DNA of 62,312 bases, filler included, from Chthonomonadaceae bacterium (lineage in GTDB: Bacteria > Armatimonadota > Chthonomonadetes > Chthonomonadales > Chthonomonadaceae), in the NCBI GenBank assembly GCA_035650735.1. It is 3 parts of 3 records of this genome, joined end to end, with 100 filler letters (N's around TTAATTAATTAA, not from the genome) between each part and the next. Parts side by side here need not be neighbours in the genome. Positions count along the whole stretch, not along the records: positions 15,652 to 33,002 come from DASRGZ010000195.1; 2 more parts are not named here. One strand, written 5' to 3'. The stretch's first letter is position 1. The number at the start of each line of letters is the position of its first letter. Of this stretch, positions 18,163 through 28,125 are shown in pieces. The notes under the pieces were generated by a model. That model searched no databases. It had not been told where the DNA came from and was given only the letters and a program-made list of their open reading frames with translations. The position numbers and the translations under genes were made by a program.

Positions 18163-19017
18163 TTACTCCCTCGCGGAACGGGGAGGGGTCGATCCTTTTG
18201 CCGGACTCGGCGAGTCTGCCGGCCCACCGATTTCCAGTTCCGGCGCTTCGTCTACGGCAATGCGCCGCAACTCGGCACGCCGCTGTAGGTCGGCTTCGCG
18301 CTGAGCATCCGTTCTGAGGATGACAATATCCACGCGGCGGTTTCGGGCGCGATTGGCTTCGGAACTGTTGGGCGCCAGCGGGCGCGTCTCGGCGTAGCCT
18401 GCCGCCATAAACCGCCCGGACGGCAGACGCTCCTTCTCGGTGAGGTAGCGCAGCACCGTGCCGGCCCGTGCCGTCGAAAGCTCCCAGTTGGAGGGGAACT
18501 GCGCCGTGCGAATGGGCAGGTCACAGGTATGCCCCTCGATCGCAACGTCGTTGGGCACGCTCCTCAGGATGCGCGCCACGCGGCTCAACACCTCCACGCT
18601 GCCGGGACCTAGCTCCGCCTGGCCGCGCGCAAACAGCATACCATCCGAAACCAGCGAGATAATGACCCCACGCCTATCCTCGCGCGTGCTGACTTTGCCG
18701 TTCAGGTGATGTTGTTCCACATACCGGCGCAAATTCCCCATAGCTTCCTGGTAGGACTGCTGCTGGCTATCCGGGAGAATGCCGGAGCGCAGGGTGTGGG
18801 CGCCGCCCCCATTGAGCATGCTCGCGCCCCCATATACGGCGCCGCCAAACCCGCTGCGGACCGAGGTGGCAAGCTGGGTGAACTTGCCCCGGCTCATCAC
18901 CGACATGGAGTAGAGCATCAGGAAGAACGCGGTCAGCAGCGTGATCATGTCCGCGTAGGTCAGCAGCCAGCGCTCCAGGTTCTCCGGGCGCTCTGCGTGT
19001 TGGTTGGTTCTTAACAT
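18163..19017 (-). CDS. motB: Flagellar stator MotB
   Basis: WLLTYADMITLL, IEGHT, NWELSTARA, NRRVDI. Confidence 0.95.
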   Translation of the reverse strand: MLRTNQHAERPENLERWLLTYADMITLLTAFFLMLYSMSVMSRGKFTQLATSVRSGFGGAVYGGASMLNGGGAHTLRSGILPDSQQQSYQEAMGNLRRYVEQHHLNGKVSTREDRRGVIISLVSDGMLFARGQAELGPGSVEVLSRVARILRSVPNDVAIEGHTCDLPIRTAQFPSNWELSTARAGTVLRYLTEKERLPSGRFMAAGYAETRPLAPNSSEANRARNRRVDIVILRTDAQREADLQRRAELRRIAVDEAPELEIGGPADSPSPAKGSTPPRSARE

Positions 19018-19081
19018 GGCAGCTTTTCTTAAAGAGTGCGTTACCCGCAGCCGGCCTGCCTATAGGAGGGATGGCCGGTTT

Positions 19082-19879
19082 CTATAGCTCACCGCGCCGG
19101 GCCGCGTCGTAGAGGTTGGGCAGGCGCGCACGCAGGTCGGGCGTCAGAAATGCCTTGAGTTTTTCCTCGACGATACGCGGGTTGTCCCCGGCCTGGATGG
19201 CCAGAATGCCCTCCACCATGATCTCGCGAACGACGATCTCCTCGGCGCTGCGGGCCTTGAGCTTATTGCCGATAGGCAGAAAGATCAGGTTGGCGCTGGA
19301 GACGCCGTAGAGCGTGGCGATAAAGGCGCCCGCGATCAAGGGCCCCATTTTGGCCGGATCGCTTAAATTGGCGAGCATATGAATCAGCCCCATCACGGTG
19401 CCGATGATGCCCAGCGTCGGTGCAAACCCGCCCAGCGTCGTAAAGATATTTTCGCCGACCCTGTGCTGGGCTTGCAGGAAATGGATCTCGGTGGTCAAGA
19501 TCTCGCGCACCAGCTCAGGCTCCGTGCCGTCAATGGCCAGGCGCATGCCCCGCTGCAGGAACTCATCGTTGAGCTTGCGCGCGTCCTCTTCCAGCACCAG
19601 CAGCCCCTCGCGCCGCGCCCGCTCGGCAAAGCGCACCATCGTCTGGATGATCGCGGCGATGTCATAGGTCTTAGCTGTAAAGGCCTGAGTCAGCACGCCG
19701 GGCAGGCTGGCGATCTGGCTCATCTTGAAGCTGACGGTCGCCGCCCCGAAGGTGCCGCCGAAGACCAGCAGCGCGGCGGGCAGGTTGATGAGCGCCTTGA
19801 TCTCTCCGCCTTCCATCAGCAGCGAGCCGATCAGCGCGCCCCAGGCCAGCGCCATCCCGATTAGAGTCGCCAAATCCAT
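19082..19879 (-). CDS. motA: Flagellar stator MotA
   Basis: ARREGLLVLE, APTLGIIGTVMGLI, AFIATLYG; start reassigned to ATG 19879. Confidence 0.95.
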   Translation of the reverse strand: MDLATLIGMALAWGALIGSLLMEGGEIKALINLPAALLVFGGTFGAATVSFKMSQIASLPGVLTQAFTAKTYDIAAIIQTMVRFAERARREGLLVLEEDARKLNDEFLQRGMRLAIDGTEPELVREILTTEIHFLQAQHRVGENIFTTLGGFAPTLGIIGTVMGLIHMLANLSDPAKMGPLIAGAFIATLYGVSSANLIFLPIGNKLKARSAEEIVVREIMVEGILAIQAGDNPRIVEEKLKAFLTPDLRARLPNLYDAARRGEL

Positions 19880-19920
19880 AACGTCTCTCTCCTCTAGAGG
19901 AAGGTTGCCGCGACCGCGGC

Positions 19921-20163
19921 TCATCCTGCCGCCTCGGGCCTATCCGCAGGCGCCTCCGCCGCCCCTTCCAGACGCGGCACAAACGGCCCGGCCTGACGCC
20001 GGTAGGCGATGACGCGGCGCACGATCTCTTCCGCCGACTCCAGCGCCAGCACCTTGCGCCCGGTGACCATCGTGATCACCGTGTCGGGCGTATTTTCCAC
20101 AAACTCAATCAGGTCGGCATTGACGATAAGCTCGGTGTGGTTAAAGCGGGTAATTTTAATCAT
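19921..20163 (-). CDS. flbD: Flagellar protein FlbD (SwrD)
   Basis: MIKITRFN..LIVNADLIEFVENTPDTVIT. Confidence 0.92.
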   Translation of the reverse strand: MIKITRFNHTELIVNADLIEFVENTPDTVITMVTGRKVLALESAEEIVRRVIAYRRQAGPFVPRLEGAAEAPADRPEAAG

Positions 20164-20237
20164 GAGGGCAAGAGGCCGAAAGCAGGGGCCGGAGCAGGTT
20201 GAGTAATCTTCCTACCCCGACCCTCCATCTATTAAGC

Positions 20238-22424
20238 TTAGCGCTTCAGGTTAATTACGTCCTGTAGCAGGTCATCTACGATGGTGATGATGCGCGTGTT
20301 GGCCTGGAAGCCGCGCTGCGTGATGATCAGATTCGTGAACTCGTTCGAGAGATCTACGTTGGACATCTCGACGAAGCCGGTGCTGATCTTGCCGCGCCCG
20401 CTGACGTTGGGCTGGCCGACCTGGGCCAGGCCGGAGTTGCTGGAGTCTTTGAACAGGTTCTGGCCCAGCTTCTCCAGGCCCGCCGGGTTGGAGAAGTTGG
20501 CCATCGCGATCTGGCCCAGCGTGCGCGTCTGCCCGTTGGAGAAGACGCCCGTAATCAGGCCCTCAGCCGAGATAGAGAAGGTCTGGAGCGTGCCCACCGG
20601 AAAGCCGTCCTGGGTGGTGGCCGCGACGCTGGAGTCGCCGGCCAGTTGGGTCAGCGAGCCGAAGTTGATGGTGATGTCAAAGGGCGTGGCGCCGCTGGCG
20701 GGCGTGACGGTCACGCTCTGGGATTTGGTGTTCAGGAGGTTGCCTTTGGCATCGAAGAACAGCGCGCTATTGCCGGTGGCGGTGCTGGTGGCGATGGTGT
20801 TGCCGTTCTCCGTTGCCGACCACTCCCAGCGGGCCGCAGCGCCGACGGGCGCACCCGCGCCGACCAGAGCGCGCTGGAACTTGAAGTTGAGCAGATGGCT
20901 GACGCCCAGGCTGTCAAAGACGCGCAGCGAGGTGTTCCAGACGGGCGAGGGGCCGGTCTGGCCGTCGCCGACGCCGGTGACTTTGGTGGTGCTCAGCCCG
21001 CCCAGATCTATGGTCAGCGGGAACCCGGTGACGGTCTGAAGGCCCTGGTTGTAGCTGCCGGGCGGCAGGGCACCCGCCACCAACTGAATGGTGCTGCTCA
21101 GCGGCGTGGCCGGGTTGCCGCCGTCGGCGGTGACGAAGCCGGAGCCGGGCACATAGTAGACCTTCGACTCGTTGTTGGCGGCCGCGCTGCTGTCATAGAC
21201 GGTCTGGAAGCCGGAGGGCGGCACGGTGTCTACCTCCACCTTCATGTCCCACTGCTGGAGCGCGCCGGTGGGCACGTTGGTGCCGGCGGGCGGGTTATAG
21301 ACCGGGTTGGAGAGGGTCGTTCGGACGGTAAACTCCGTGCCGTCCGCGCGGTAGACCGTGGCGGTATTGACCACGCCTCCGGCGGCAACCCCATCCAGAT
21401 TGAGATTGCCCGTGAGCGTGACCAGCGTGGATTGGATCGGCTGGCCGATGTTCTGGCCGTTGGCGCTGCTGGTGACATTCGATTTGGCCTCCAGCTTGCC
21501 GAAGTCCACCGTCAGCGGGAAATTGGACGCGCCGCCGGCGCCGTTGACGTTGAGGGTAAGCGTGGAGCCGAGCGAGTTGCCGGGGTTAGCCGAGTCGGTG
21601 AAGACGAATTTCTGGGCACCGGCGCCGTTGGGGATGGCGTAGAGCTTCTGCGGCGGCATAATGGTGCCATCCAGGGTCATATTGACATCCCAGCGCTGGG
21701 TGGCGCCAGCGGGAACGCCCACGCCTGCCGCCGGATTGTGCACCGGGTTGGCAAAGGTGAGCTGGAGCGTATGCGCGTTGCCCAGCGCATCGTAGATGGT
21801 GGTATTCATCGCACCGGGCGTGGACGCTACATCCAGCTCGCCGCTGACGTTGACGACGGTGGACTGGAGGGCGGCGCTGGCGTTGAGATTGCCCTGGAAG
21901 GTCGAGGCGGACGTCTGCTTGACGGAAGTTTGCGTGCCGACGGGGATCTTGATTACGCTGTCCTGGGTGATCTGCTGGCTGGTATCAATGTTGCCGTCCG
22001 CGTCGGCGATGTAGCCGAGCAGCTTGAGGCCGTTGGAGGGATTGACCATCAGGCCGTCGCTGTCCAGGTCAAAGGAGCCGTCACGTGTGTAGTAGACGTT
22101 GTTGCCGCTGGAGACCAGGAAGAAGCCGTTGCCCTGGATGGCCAGATCGGTGGGCTTGCCGGTGGTTTGCAGGTTGCCCTGCGTCTGCAGGGTATCCACG
22201 GCGCCGAGCGCGGCACCCAGCCCGATCTGGGAGGGGTTCTGGCCGCCAACCTGGGTGCTGGGCCGGGCGGAGGCGCGCAGGGTCTGCGAGAGCTGATCCT
22301 GGAAGGTAGCGCGTCCGGCCTTAAAGCCGATGGTGTTGACGTTGGCGATGTTGTTGCCGATGACGTCGAGCCGCACCTGATGGACCTGGAGTCCGCTGAC
22401 TCCGGAAAACATAGCCTGTAGCAT
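20238..22424 (-). CDS. flgE: Flagellar hook protein FlgE (long form)
   Basis: DVIGNNIANVNT.GFK, DLAIQGNGFF, YTRDGSF, EMSNVDL, QRGFQAN. Confidence 0.95.
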   Translation of the reverse strand: MLQAMFSGVSGLQVHQVRLDVIGNNIANVNTIGFKAGRATFQDQLSQTLRASARPSTQVGGQNPSQIGLGAALGAVDTLQTQGNLQTTGKPTDLAIQGNGFFLVSSGNNVYYTRDGSFDLDSDGLMVNPSNGLKLLGYIADADGNIDTSQQITQDSVIKIPVGTQTSVKQTSASTFQGNLNASAALQSTVVNVSGELDVASTPGAMNTTIYDALGNAHTLQLTFANPVHNPAAGVGVPAGATQRWDVNMTLDGTIMPPQKLYAIPNGAGAQKFVFTDSANPGNSLGSTLTLNVNGAGGASNFPLTVDFGKLEAKSNVTSSANGQNIGQPIQSTLVTLTGNLNLDGVAAGGVVNTATVYRADGTEFTVRTTLSNPVYNPPAGTNVPTGALQQWDMKVEVDTVPPSGFQTVYDSSAAANNESKVYYVPGSGFVTADGGNPATPLSSTIQLVAGALPPGSYNQGLQTVTGFPLTIDLGGLSTTKVTGVGDGQTGPSPVWNTSLRVFDSLGVSHLLNFKFQRALVGAGAPVGAAARWEWSATENGNTIATSTATGNSALFFDAKGNLLNTKSQSVTVTPASGATPFDITINFGSLTQLAGDSSVAATTQDGFPVGTLQTFSISAEGLITGVFSNGQTRTLGQIAMANFSNPAGLEKLGQNLFKDSSNSGLAQVGQPNVSGRGKISTGFVEMSNVDLSNEFTNLIITQRGFQANTRIITIVDDLLQDVINLKR

Positions 22425-22450
22425 GGAAAAACATAACCTCCGTTGTGGCC

Positions 22451-22554
22451 TGCGGCGTCAAGCCGCATACTTGAGAATGCCTGCCTCATCGGTCGGTCAG
22501 AGGCAAGCCAGAGCAGGCTCCCGCGTAGCCAGTGGGAACGGCGGTCCAGCCTGC
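22451..22554 (-). promoter_or_regulatory. Structured 5' leader of flgE (three hairpins)
   Basis: Stems 22513-22519/22548-22554, 22479-22487/22500-22508 and 22451-22456/22462-22467. Confidence 0.45.
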
Positions 22555-22597
22555 GCAAAGCAGTTTATAAACGAACCGGTTAGACCTCGTGCCGCGG

Positions 22598-22655
22598 CGC
22601 ATCCGCCAGGACGCTTCGCCGTAGGTCGCCCAGACGGGCACGTTCTGTACCCGGC
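22598..22655. repeat. Half copy of REPIN-like family B
   Basis: TCCGCCAGGACGC..GCCGTAGGTC..CAGACGGG..CCCGGC matches the right arm of 51682-51858. Confidence 0.6.
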
Positions 22656-22663
22656 AAGGGCTA

Positions 22664-23119
22664 TTATGCGATGACCGCGCTGTCAATGTTGGTAAAGACG
22701 CTCTGCTTGAGATGCTCTTTATCCACCACCGTCACGACCGTGCGATTGGTCACGCTGACCACCATCGCCAGGTCGTCCATCAGGACGAGCGCATCGCGGG
22801 CGCCTTTGTTGGCGGCGCGCTGCACCGCCCCTTGCAGCCGGTCGAGATGGGCCGCCTCCAGGGCGATATGGCGCGACTGAAGCCGGGTCTGGGCGTGCGC
22901 CGAGAAGCGCAGCGCGCTCGCCGCGTCCCGTCCAGCCGGCGCCGTTGGCGCGAGGCCCTGCTGAGCGCGCAGCAACTCGGCAAAGGATGTCCCGGAAGCT
23001 GGGTTGGCTTTCCCGGCGGGCGGGTTGGCATTCGCCCGGCGCACGGCGGGCGTTTCTGTGGTTATGGGAAGGGGCTTTGCCCCGTCAATGCGTGTCGGAT
23101 CGGCCATTGTCTGGTTCAC
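22664..23119 (-). CDS. Flagellar operon protein, TIGR02530 family
   Basis: LRFSAHAQTRLQSR, KGARDALVL, VSVTNRTVVT, VFTNIDSAVI; lies between flgD and flgE. Confidence 0.9.
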   Translation of the reverse strand: MNQTMADPTRIDGAKPLPITTETPAVRRANANPPAGKANPASGTSFAELLRAQQGLAPTAPAGRDAASALRFSAHAQTRLQSRHIALEAAHLDRLQGAVQRAANKGARDALVLMDDLAMVVSVTNRTVVTVVDKEHLKQSVFTNIDSAVIA

Positions 23120-23155
23120 CTTCTAAACAGGCGGCGTCCGGCGCACCGTGCCCGG

Positions 23156-23572
23156 TTAGGGGTCGCGCACCTGCACTACCTCATCGAGCGTAAGTTCCTT
23201 CTGGCTGCCCTCCACGCTCAGATGCACGCCGTCCTTATCCCAGCGCACGGCGGTCACCTTGCCGCTGACAAGCTGAGGCAGGTTGTTCTGAATGATCTGG
23301 GCATCCACGATTTTGCCAAGCAGATTGGCGCCCTGCTGGCGGTTCTGGGCGCTTTGCAGGTTATTGACCCCCTCCACCGTCGAGAACTGAGCCAACTGCG
23401 CCAGGAACTGGGATTGATCCTGGGGGTTGAGCGGGTCCTGATTGGTTAGCTGGGTCACCAGGAGCTTCAGAAACGCCTGCTCTCCGAGCTGGTTGCTCGG
23501 ATTTTGAATGGCGGCCGTGGTGGCGTCGGCAGCGCTCGTGTCGCTTGCCGTGCCAATAGCGTCTACGGGCAT
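23156..23572 (-). CDS. flgD: Flagellar hook capping protein FlgD
   Basis: FLKLLVTQLTNQDPLNP, AQLAQFSTVE; start reassigned to ATG 23572. Confidence 0.93.
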   Translation of the reverse strand: MPVDAIGTASDTSAADATTAAIQNPSNQLGEQAFLKLLVTQLTNQDPLNPQDQSQFLAQLAQFSTVEGVNNLQSAQNRQQGANLLGKIVDAQIIQNNLPQLVSGKVTAVRWDKDGVHLSVEGSQKELTLDEVVQVRDP

Positions 23573-23704
23573 CGTTATGTACCTCTTCGGACCTCCGTAT
23601 GCTGGAGGAAAACGGCTCTCTTCCCTCACAGGGGGAGCAGGGCCGGATTAGTCTGGGTTGACGGCGCAGGGAGCCAGCGCCCTTCTTGGCCCCTGCGCCG
23701 TGGG

Positions 23705-25855
23705 TCAGGCCCGGTAGTCCAGGCGGGAGAGACGATCCCGCAGGCCGGGCGCGCGGGACAGCGGTGTGGACACATCGGCTTCGGTCTCCGGCGCGCCAAC
23801 GGGACGCAGACGTGTGCCTGAGAACGCGCGCCCGGCGCGCTCCTGCGGCCCGGCAAACGCGGCGCGTCCATCCGAGACGGCCCCATGCCCTACCGAGATT
23901 TCCAGCTCGCTCAAGCGCAGCCCCTTGCTTTCCAGGGCGGCGCGCAGATGATCGCGGGCTTCCTCCAGGGCGCGCTGCGCCTGGGCGGTCTCCGTGACGA
24001 TATGGGCGACGACGCCATCGGCGTGTGCAGAGATGGTCAGATGTAGGGAGCCAAGCGTTTCCGGCTGCAATCGCAACGCGATCTCGCCGCGCCCGCCCGT
24101 CATTCGCATGGTTTCCAGGTGGCGCGTCACCTGCTCTACGATGAAGGCGCGCTCGGCGGTCAGGCCGGGCAGCCCTGCGGACGCCGAGGCGGAAGCGGCC
24201 CTGCTGGAGAGATGCCGGGCTTCCTGCGCCGCGCCGGTCGCAGACGCCGGAATGGTCGGATCTGGCTCGCGCCGCGTCCCCGACTCAGAATGGCCGGGCG
24301 CGTCCTCCTGCCGACCGGGATTTGCGCTGTTCTCCGCGCTTGCGGCAATGGAAGCCGTGTGCGCAGAGTGCGCCGGTTCGGCGCTGAAGCCAACCGGGAT
24401 GCGCGCGGTCGCCTCGCTGTGCTTGGGAACGCCCGCCGCGTCTGGAGGCGCGACCGATTGGGCTGCCGCCTGAGCGAGCGCGGTCGGTACGACGGCAGTT
24501 CGGCTCGTCTCCGCGCCGGGCAGAGTGGAGGGCGGCGCGAGAAGAGTCGCCGTCTGATCGGGATGCGGCGCAACGGCAGGCGTCGCCTGGAACGACCTGG
24601 CAGTGGTTGGCGCTTCCGCAGGCGCCGTAGCCGGGATCGTTGTCAGGGTGGAAGGCGCGGCAGCCGGAGCCTCCGGTGCAATAGACTCTGTGGCGGCGCG
24701 CGGTGTCCCCGTAGGAGCGCTCTCCGAGCGTGCGGCATCCAGATCGCCCACTGCCAGCAATCGCTCCACCGAGTCGAGCCGTTGGGCTGCCAGCGGGCGG
24801 ACAGGCGCAGGATCTGCGGCATCTCCCACGATGGGCGCGCCGCCCTGCGGTGTGCGGGCGGGAGCAGCGGATCCGGGCGTCGAACCGAAGGCAGGCGCCG
24901 TTGCTGGCATGCTGCCGGGCGGAACGGCCCCCGACGCGGCGGGATCTGTAGCCCCGGTTGCAACGGGCGGTGTCGGGCGCTGCACGGATACTGCCTCTGC
25001 CGAAGTGTCCGTCGCTTGCGCCGCCTTCCGGGACATCCCCGCTACGGCAGGCGCTGACGGAGAGGCCATCGCAGGCTGCGCGGCGGTTGATGTGGCGTTC
25101 GGTGCGCTAGACGATGCGCTCTGAGTTGCGGGGACGGCGGCTATACCTGCCGCCGTGAAGGGGATAGGGGCGATGCCCACCCCCGACGCAGACGCGCTGC
25201 CGCCTGCGTGCGAGTCCATGGGAACGCCGGAGGGTATCAGAGGATCAGAGAGAGGGGGAGTTAGCTCGGGGATCGTGGCTGCCGGAACCGCTGACAGCCG
25301 TTGAAGCGCAGGATGGGTGCCGGGAGAACTTGCCGGCATGGCCGCGCCGGGGACTGCCTCCGCGCCAGATGTACCGGCCAGCGGCGTCTCGGGCGCAACC
25401 GCGTTCCGAAAGGCGTCCGCTGCTACCATCGGCGCCGGGACAGGCGCCATCAGGCCCATCGCGAAAGAAGCAGCCGCGAGCGCCGCCGCGTCCGGGAGGG
25501 GCGGCATTGCCGGCGCCGTCGGCTGCGGTGCGGGTTCGCCGTTGTTCTCCGCAGCATCCTTTCCCAGCGGGACAAGCGGTGAGCCTGCCGGAACAGCCGC
25601 GTCCGTCTGCCCTGCCGAGTTCGGCGCGGCCTGCGTAGAGGGCGCTGCAAGCTCAGCGCCGGGCAAGCCCATCTGACCAGGCTTGGCAGGCTTTCCCGGT
25701 GCGCCGTTATCGTGCGCCGCCGCCTGGCTGATAAGGGCGGCAAAAGGCGTCACGCTTGCCGCGCTCTCCGTGGCTGCCTGAGGGCCTGTGTTGCTGGCAT
25801 TGTCTGCGCCGCTGCCGGAGATGGGGCTGGGGAGTGAGGTCGAGGGAGTGACCAT
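23705..25855 (-). CDS. fliK: Flagellar hook-length control protein FliK
   Basis: Long Ala/Pro-rich region plus C-terminal LRLQPETLGSL...LRAALESKGL..LDYRA domain. Confidence 0.88.
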   Translation of the reverse strand: MVTPSTSLPSPISGSGADNASNTGPQAATESAASVTPFAALISQAAAHDNGAPGKPAKPGQMGLPGAELAAPSTQAAPNSAGQTDAAVPAGSPLVPLGKDAAENNGEPAPQPTAPAMPPLPDAAALAAASFAMGLMAPVPAPMVAADAFRNAVAPETPLAGTSGAEAVPGAAMPASSPGTHPALQRLSAVPAATIPELTPPLSDPLIPSGVPMDSHAGGSASASGVGIAPIPFTAAGIAAVPATQSASSSAPNATSTAAQPAMASPSAPAVAGMSRKAAQATDTSAEAVSVQRPTPPVATGATDPAASGAVPPGSMPATAPAFGSTPGSAAPARTPQGGAPIVGDAADPAPVRPLAAQRLDSVERLLAVGDLDAARSESAPTGTPRAATESIAPEAPAAAPSTLTTIPATAPAEAPTTARSFQATPAVAPHPDQTATLLAPPSTLPGAETSRTAVVPTALAQAAAQSVAPPDAAGVPKHSEATARIPVGFSAEPAHSAHTASIAASAENSANPGRQEDAPGHSESGTRREPDPTIPASATGAAQEARHLSSRAASASASAGLPGLTAERAFIVEQVTRHLETMRMTGGRGEIALRLQPETLGSLHLTISAHADGVVAHIVTETAQAQRALEEARDHLRAALESKGLRLSELEISVGHGAVSDGRAAFAGPQERAGRAFSGTRLRPVGAPETEADVSTPLSRAPGLRDRLSRLDYRA

Positions 25856-26100
25856 GGACGATTCACCTCCTTTCGTGTCGGAGTTCCATCGTCCTCATTG
25901 TCGGCAGGCGCAGGCTATTTCTGCACGTATTTTTGCGGGGTCGTGCCTGCGCAGCAACTCCCCTAGCTGGCGGCTCAATGTCGCCAAGCTTCGATAATCT
26001 TGACGGGCGTGCGCTTGTCTATTGCAATCCTGACGTCAGGTTAGCGAGTCAGAAGCAATTCGTTGGCTGGCCACGGTTACCGGAAAGAGAGGCAGCCCGC

Positions 26101-26925
26101 TCATCCCTCGACTCCCTCAAAGAACTTCTGGCGCTCGACCGCTTCCGAGAGCGCTCCAAAGCCGGTTGTGCGCCCCGGCATCCAGGCTTTCAGGCCCTCC
26201 ATGTCCATCATCTCCCGATGCGCCGGGTTGTCGTAACGCATGGAGAACAGAGTCTCCAGCCAGGGCCGTTCCGCCTCCGCAGGGAACTCCTGCCGCACCG
26301 TAAAAACACAGTGATCGAAGCGGTCGGTGGCTGCCAGCACCCGATAGCGGTCCGGATCGAGGGTGCCGTCCGAGGTCCAGAGTTGCCAGTTCAAATCCAG
26401 TATGGCGCAGGCGTCCGCCTCTCCAGCCTGAAGCGCCTGGAGGGCCTGTTTCTCCCCGCCAACATGATCTCCATGTTTGCCGACCAGGACATCGAAGCGC
26501 TTCACCTGTACATCCCGGCCCGGCTCCAACCCTGCCCGCTGCAGCAGCCCGAGCGGGATCAGGGTGGCCTGCGGAGAGTCCTTGGCGCCCGTGGCCAGGG
26601 TCTTGCCTGCCAGATCGGCGACGCTCTGGAGGGAGCTCTCCGCGCGCACGACGATGTGGGAGGCCCGATCCCGGTCGGTGTCGCGCATGGCAATCGCGCG
26701 GCATTTCCCCCCGGACCAACGCTGGGCCTCCAGCCAGGCAAGCGGTGAGTTCCAGGCAATGTGAATGGCGCCCTCCAGCAGAGCCTTCACCTGAAGCTCG
26801 TAATTGCTGAAGAACACATAGTCTATCGGGCAGCCGCTGGCCTCGAAAAAATCTTTAATGATGTCCCAGATAACCACGACCTTCGGGTCATAGACGACAG
26901 CGCCAACCAAGATCGGTTCCTTCAT
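26101..26925 (-). CDS. PhnD/SsuA-like substrate-binding-fold protein without signal peptide
   Basis: NYELQV.AL..G.IHIAWNSPL, DLAGKTLA.G..DS; ATGA overlap with the upstream gene. Confidence 0.8.
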   Translation of the reverse strand: MKEPILVGAVVYDPKVVVIWDIIKDFFEASGCPIDYVFFSNYELQVKALLEGAIHIAWNSPLAWLEAQRWSGGKCRAIAMRDTDRDRASHIVVRAESSLQSVADLAGKTLATGAKDSPQATLIPLGLLQRAGLEPGRDVQVKRFDVLVGKHGDHVGGEKQALQALQAGEADACAILDLNWQLWTSDGTLDPDRYRVLAATDRFDHCVFTVRQEFPAEAERPWLETLFSMRYDNPAHREMMDMEGLKAWMPGRTTGFGALSEAVERQKFFEGVEG

Positions 26926-28076
26926 GAGAAAAGCTCCATGCCGCACAGGGCGCGGCCAATAAAGTCATACAGCACATCAGAAGTTGGGGCCATGATGCTG
27001 GCGGCCCGGGCATCGCGGAAATTGCGCTCCAGGCTCAGGTGTTTGCTGAAGGCCGCGCCGCCACAGGCCTTCATCCCCCAATCGGTGACCGCAAGGGCGC
27101 TCTCCGCGGCGGCGGCCTTGCTTTCCAGCACCAGCAGCATCGCCTGCGGGTCGGCGTTTTCCACGGCGTCTAGGGCGCTGGTCAGATGGGCGCGGGTGCG
27201 GTCGGTCTCGATGCGCATCTGCGCCAGGCGAGCGCGCAAGTTCGGCAGATCGGCCAGCTTGCTCCCCAGGTGCTCAAAACGCCTGCCGGTAAGATGATCC
27301 GTGGTCGCCTTGACCGCCGCCTCACAGATGCCTGCCGAGACGGCCGCGTTGCCTAGCTGGAAAACCGGCAGGACCGCGCTGAGCATGAATTCAAAGCCCT
27401 TGCCGGGCGCGCAGAAGGCACGGGCCGAGGGCAGGACGCAATTGGACAGCCGCATCGGGGCGCTGGCGTTGCCCCGCATTCCCAGGGCCTCCCAGGGGCC
27501 GCTGGTCGTCAGGCCAGGGTCCCCTTTCAAGGCCAGGTACAGGATGGTATCCGTCGGGCTGCTAGCCTGGGGCGAACGGGTGGAGACGACGTAGCCGTCG
27601 GCATAGCCCGCCGAGGTGACCCAGGACTTTTCCGCGTTGAGCGTTACGTGGCCGTCGTTAGCTATCGCCTGGCTGACGGGCGCCCAGAAGTGGCTGCGCG
27701 ACCCCTTTTCGCTCCAGGCCAGGGTAGAGAGATGCTTCCCCGCTGCCGCCTGGCGCAATTGCGGCTCTGCCATGTGGGGAGCGGCGGCATAGCAGGCGAC
27801 CCCGCAGAGATGCATCAGGTACACCATGCCGGTGGAGGCGCAGCGCTGGGCGATCTCATCCAAGATCGCAACCGCGGTGCGCAGTCCCTGTTCCATGCCG
27901 CCGTATGCGGCGGGCACCGTCAGGCCCAGGAACCCGTTCTCGGCAAGGGCCTGAATGGCCTCCTGCGGAAACCGGCTCTGCTGGTCCACCTCCGGCGCAT
28001 ACCTGGCGATGATCTCTTCGGCAAGGGAGCGTGCCTTCTCTACGATGCCAGATTGTTCTGCGTTCAATCGGTACAT
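26922..28076 (-). CDS. Acyl-CoA dehydrogenase family flavoprotein
   Basis: P..YGG, AWSEKGS, LNAEKSWVT, LGMRGNAS, LERNFRDAR. Confidence 0.9.
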   Translation of the reverse strand: MYRLNAEQSGIVEKARSLAEEIIARYAPEVDQQSRFPQEAIQALAENGFLGLTVPAAYGGMEQGLRTAVAILDEIAQRCASTGMVYLMHLCGVACYAAAPHMAEPQLRQAAAGKHLSTLAWSEKGSRSHFWAPVSQAIANDGHVTLNAEKSWVTSAGYADGYVVSTRSPQASSPTDTILYLALKGDPGLTTSGPWEALGMRGNASAPMRLSNCVLPSARAFCAPGKGFEFMLSAVLPVFQLGNAAVSAGICEAAVKATTDHLTGRRFEHLGSKLADLPNLRARLAQMRIETDRTRAHLTSALDAVENADPQAMLLVLESKAAAAESALAVTDWGMKACGGAAFSKHLSLERNFRDARAASIMAPTSDVLYDFIGRALCGMELFS

Positions 28077-28125
28077 CCGTGCTCTTCTCCTTGTTCTTCT
28101 CCTTCATTCACGCAGCCAAAAGGAG

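Noticed and set aside
20646..22421. 591-aa plus-strand ORF
   Set aside because: Antisense shadow of flgE caused by high-GC codon bias.
25898..25925. sigma28 promoter for fliK (GCCGACAA)
   Set aside because: The -10 is plausible but there is no properly spaced TAAA -35; too weak to call.
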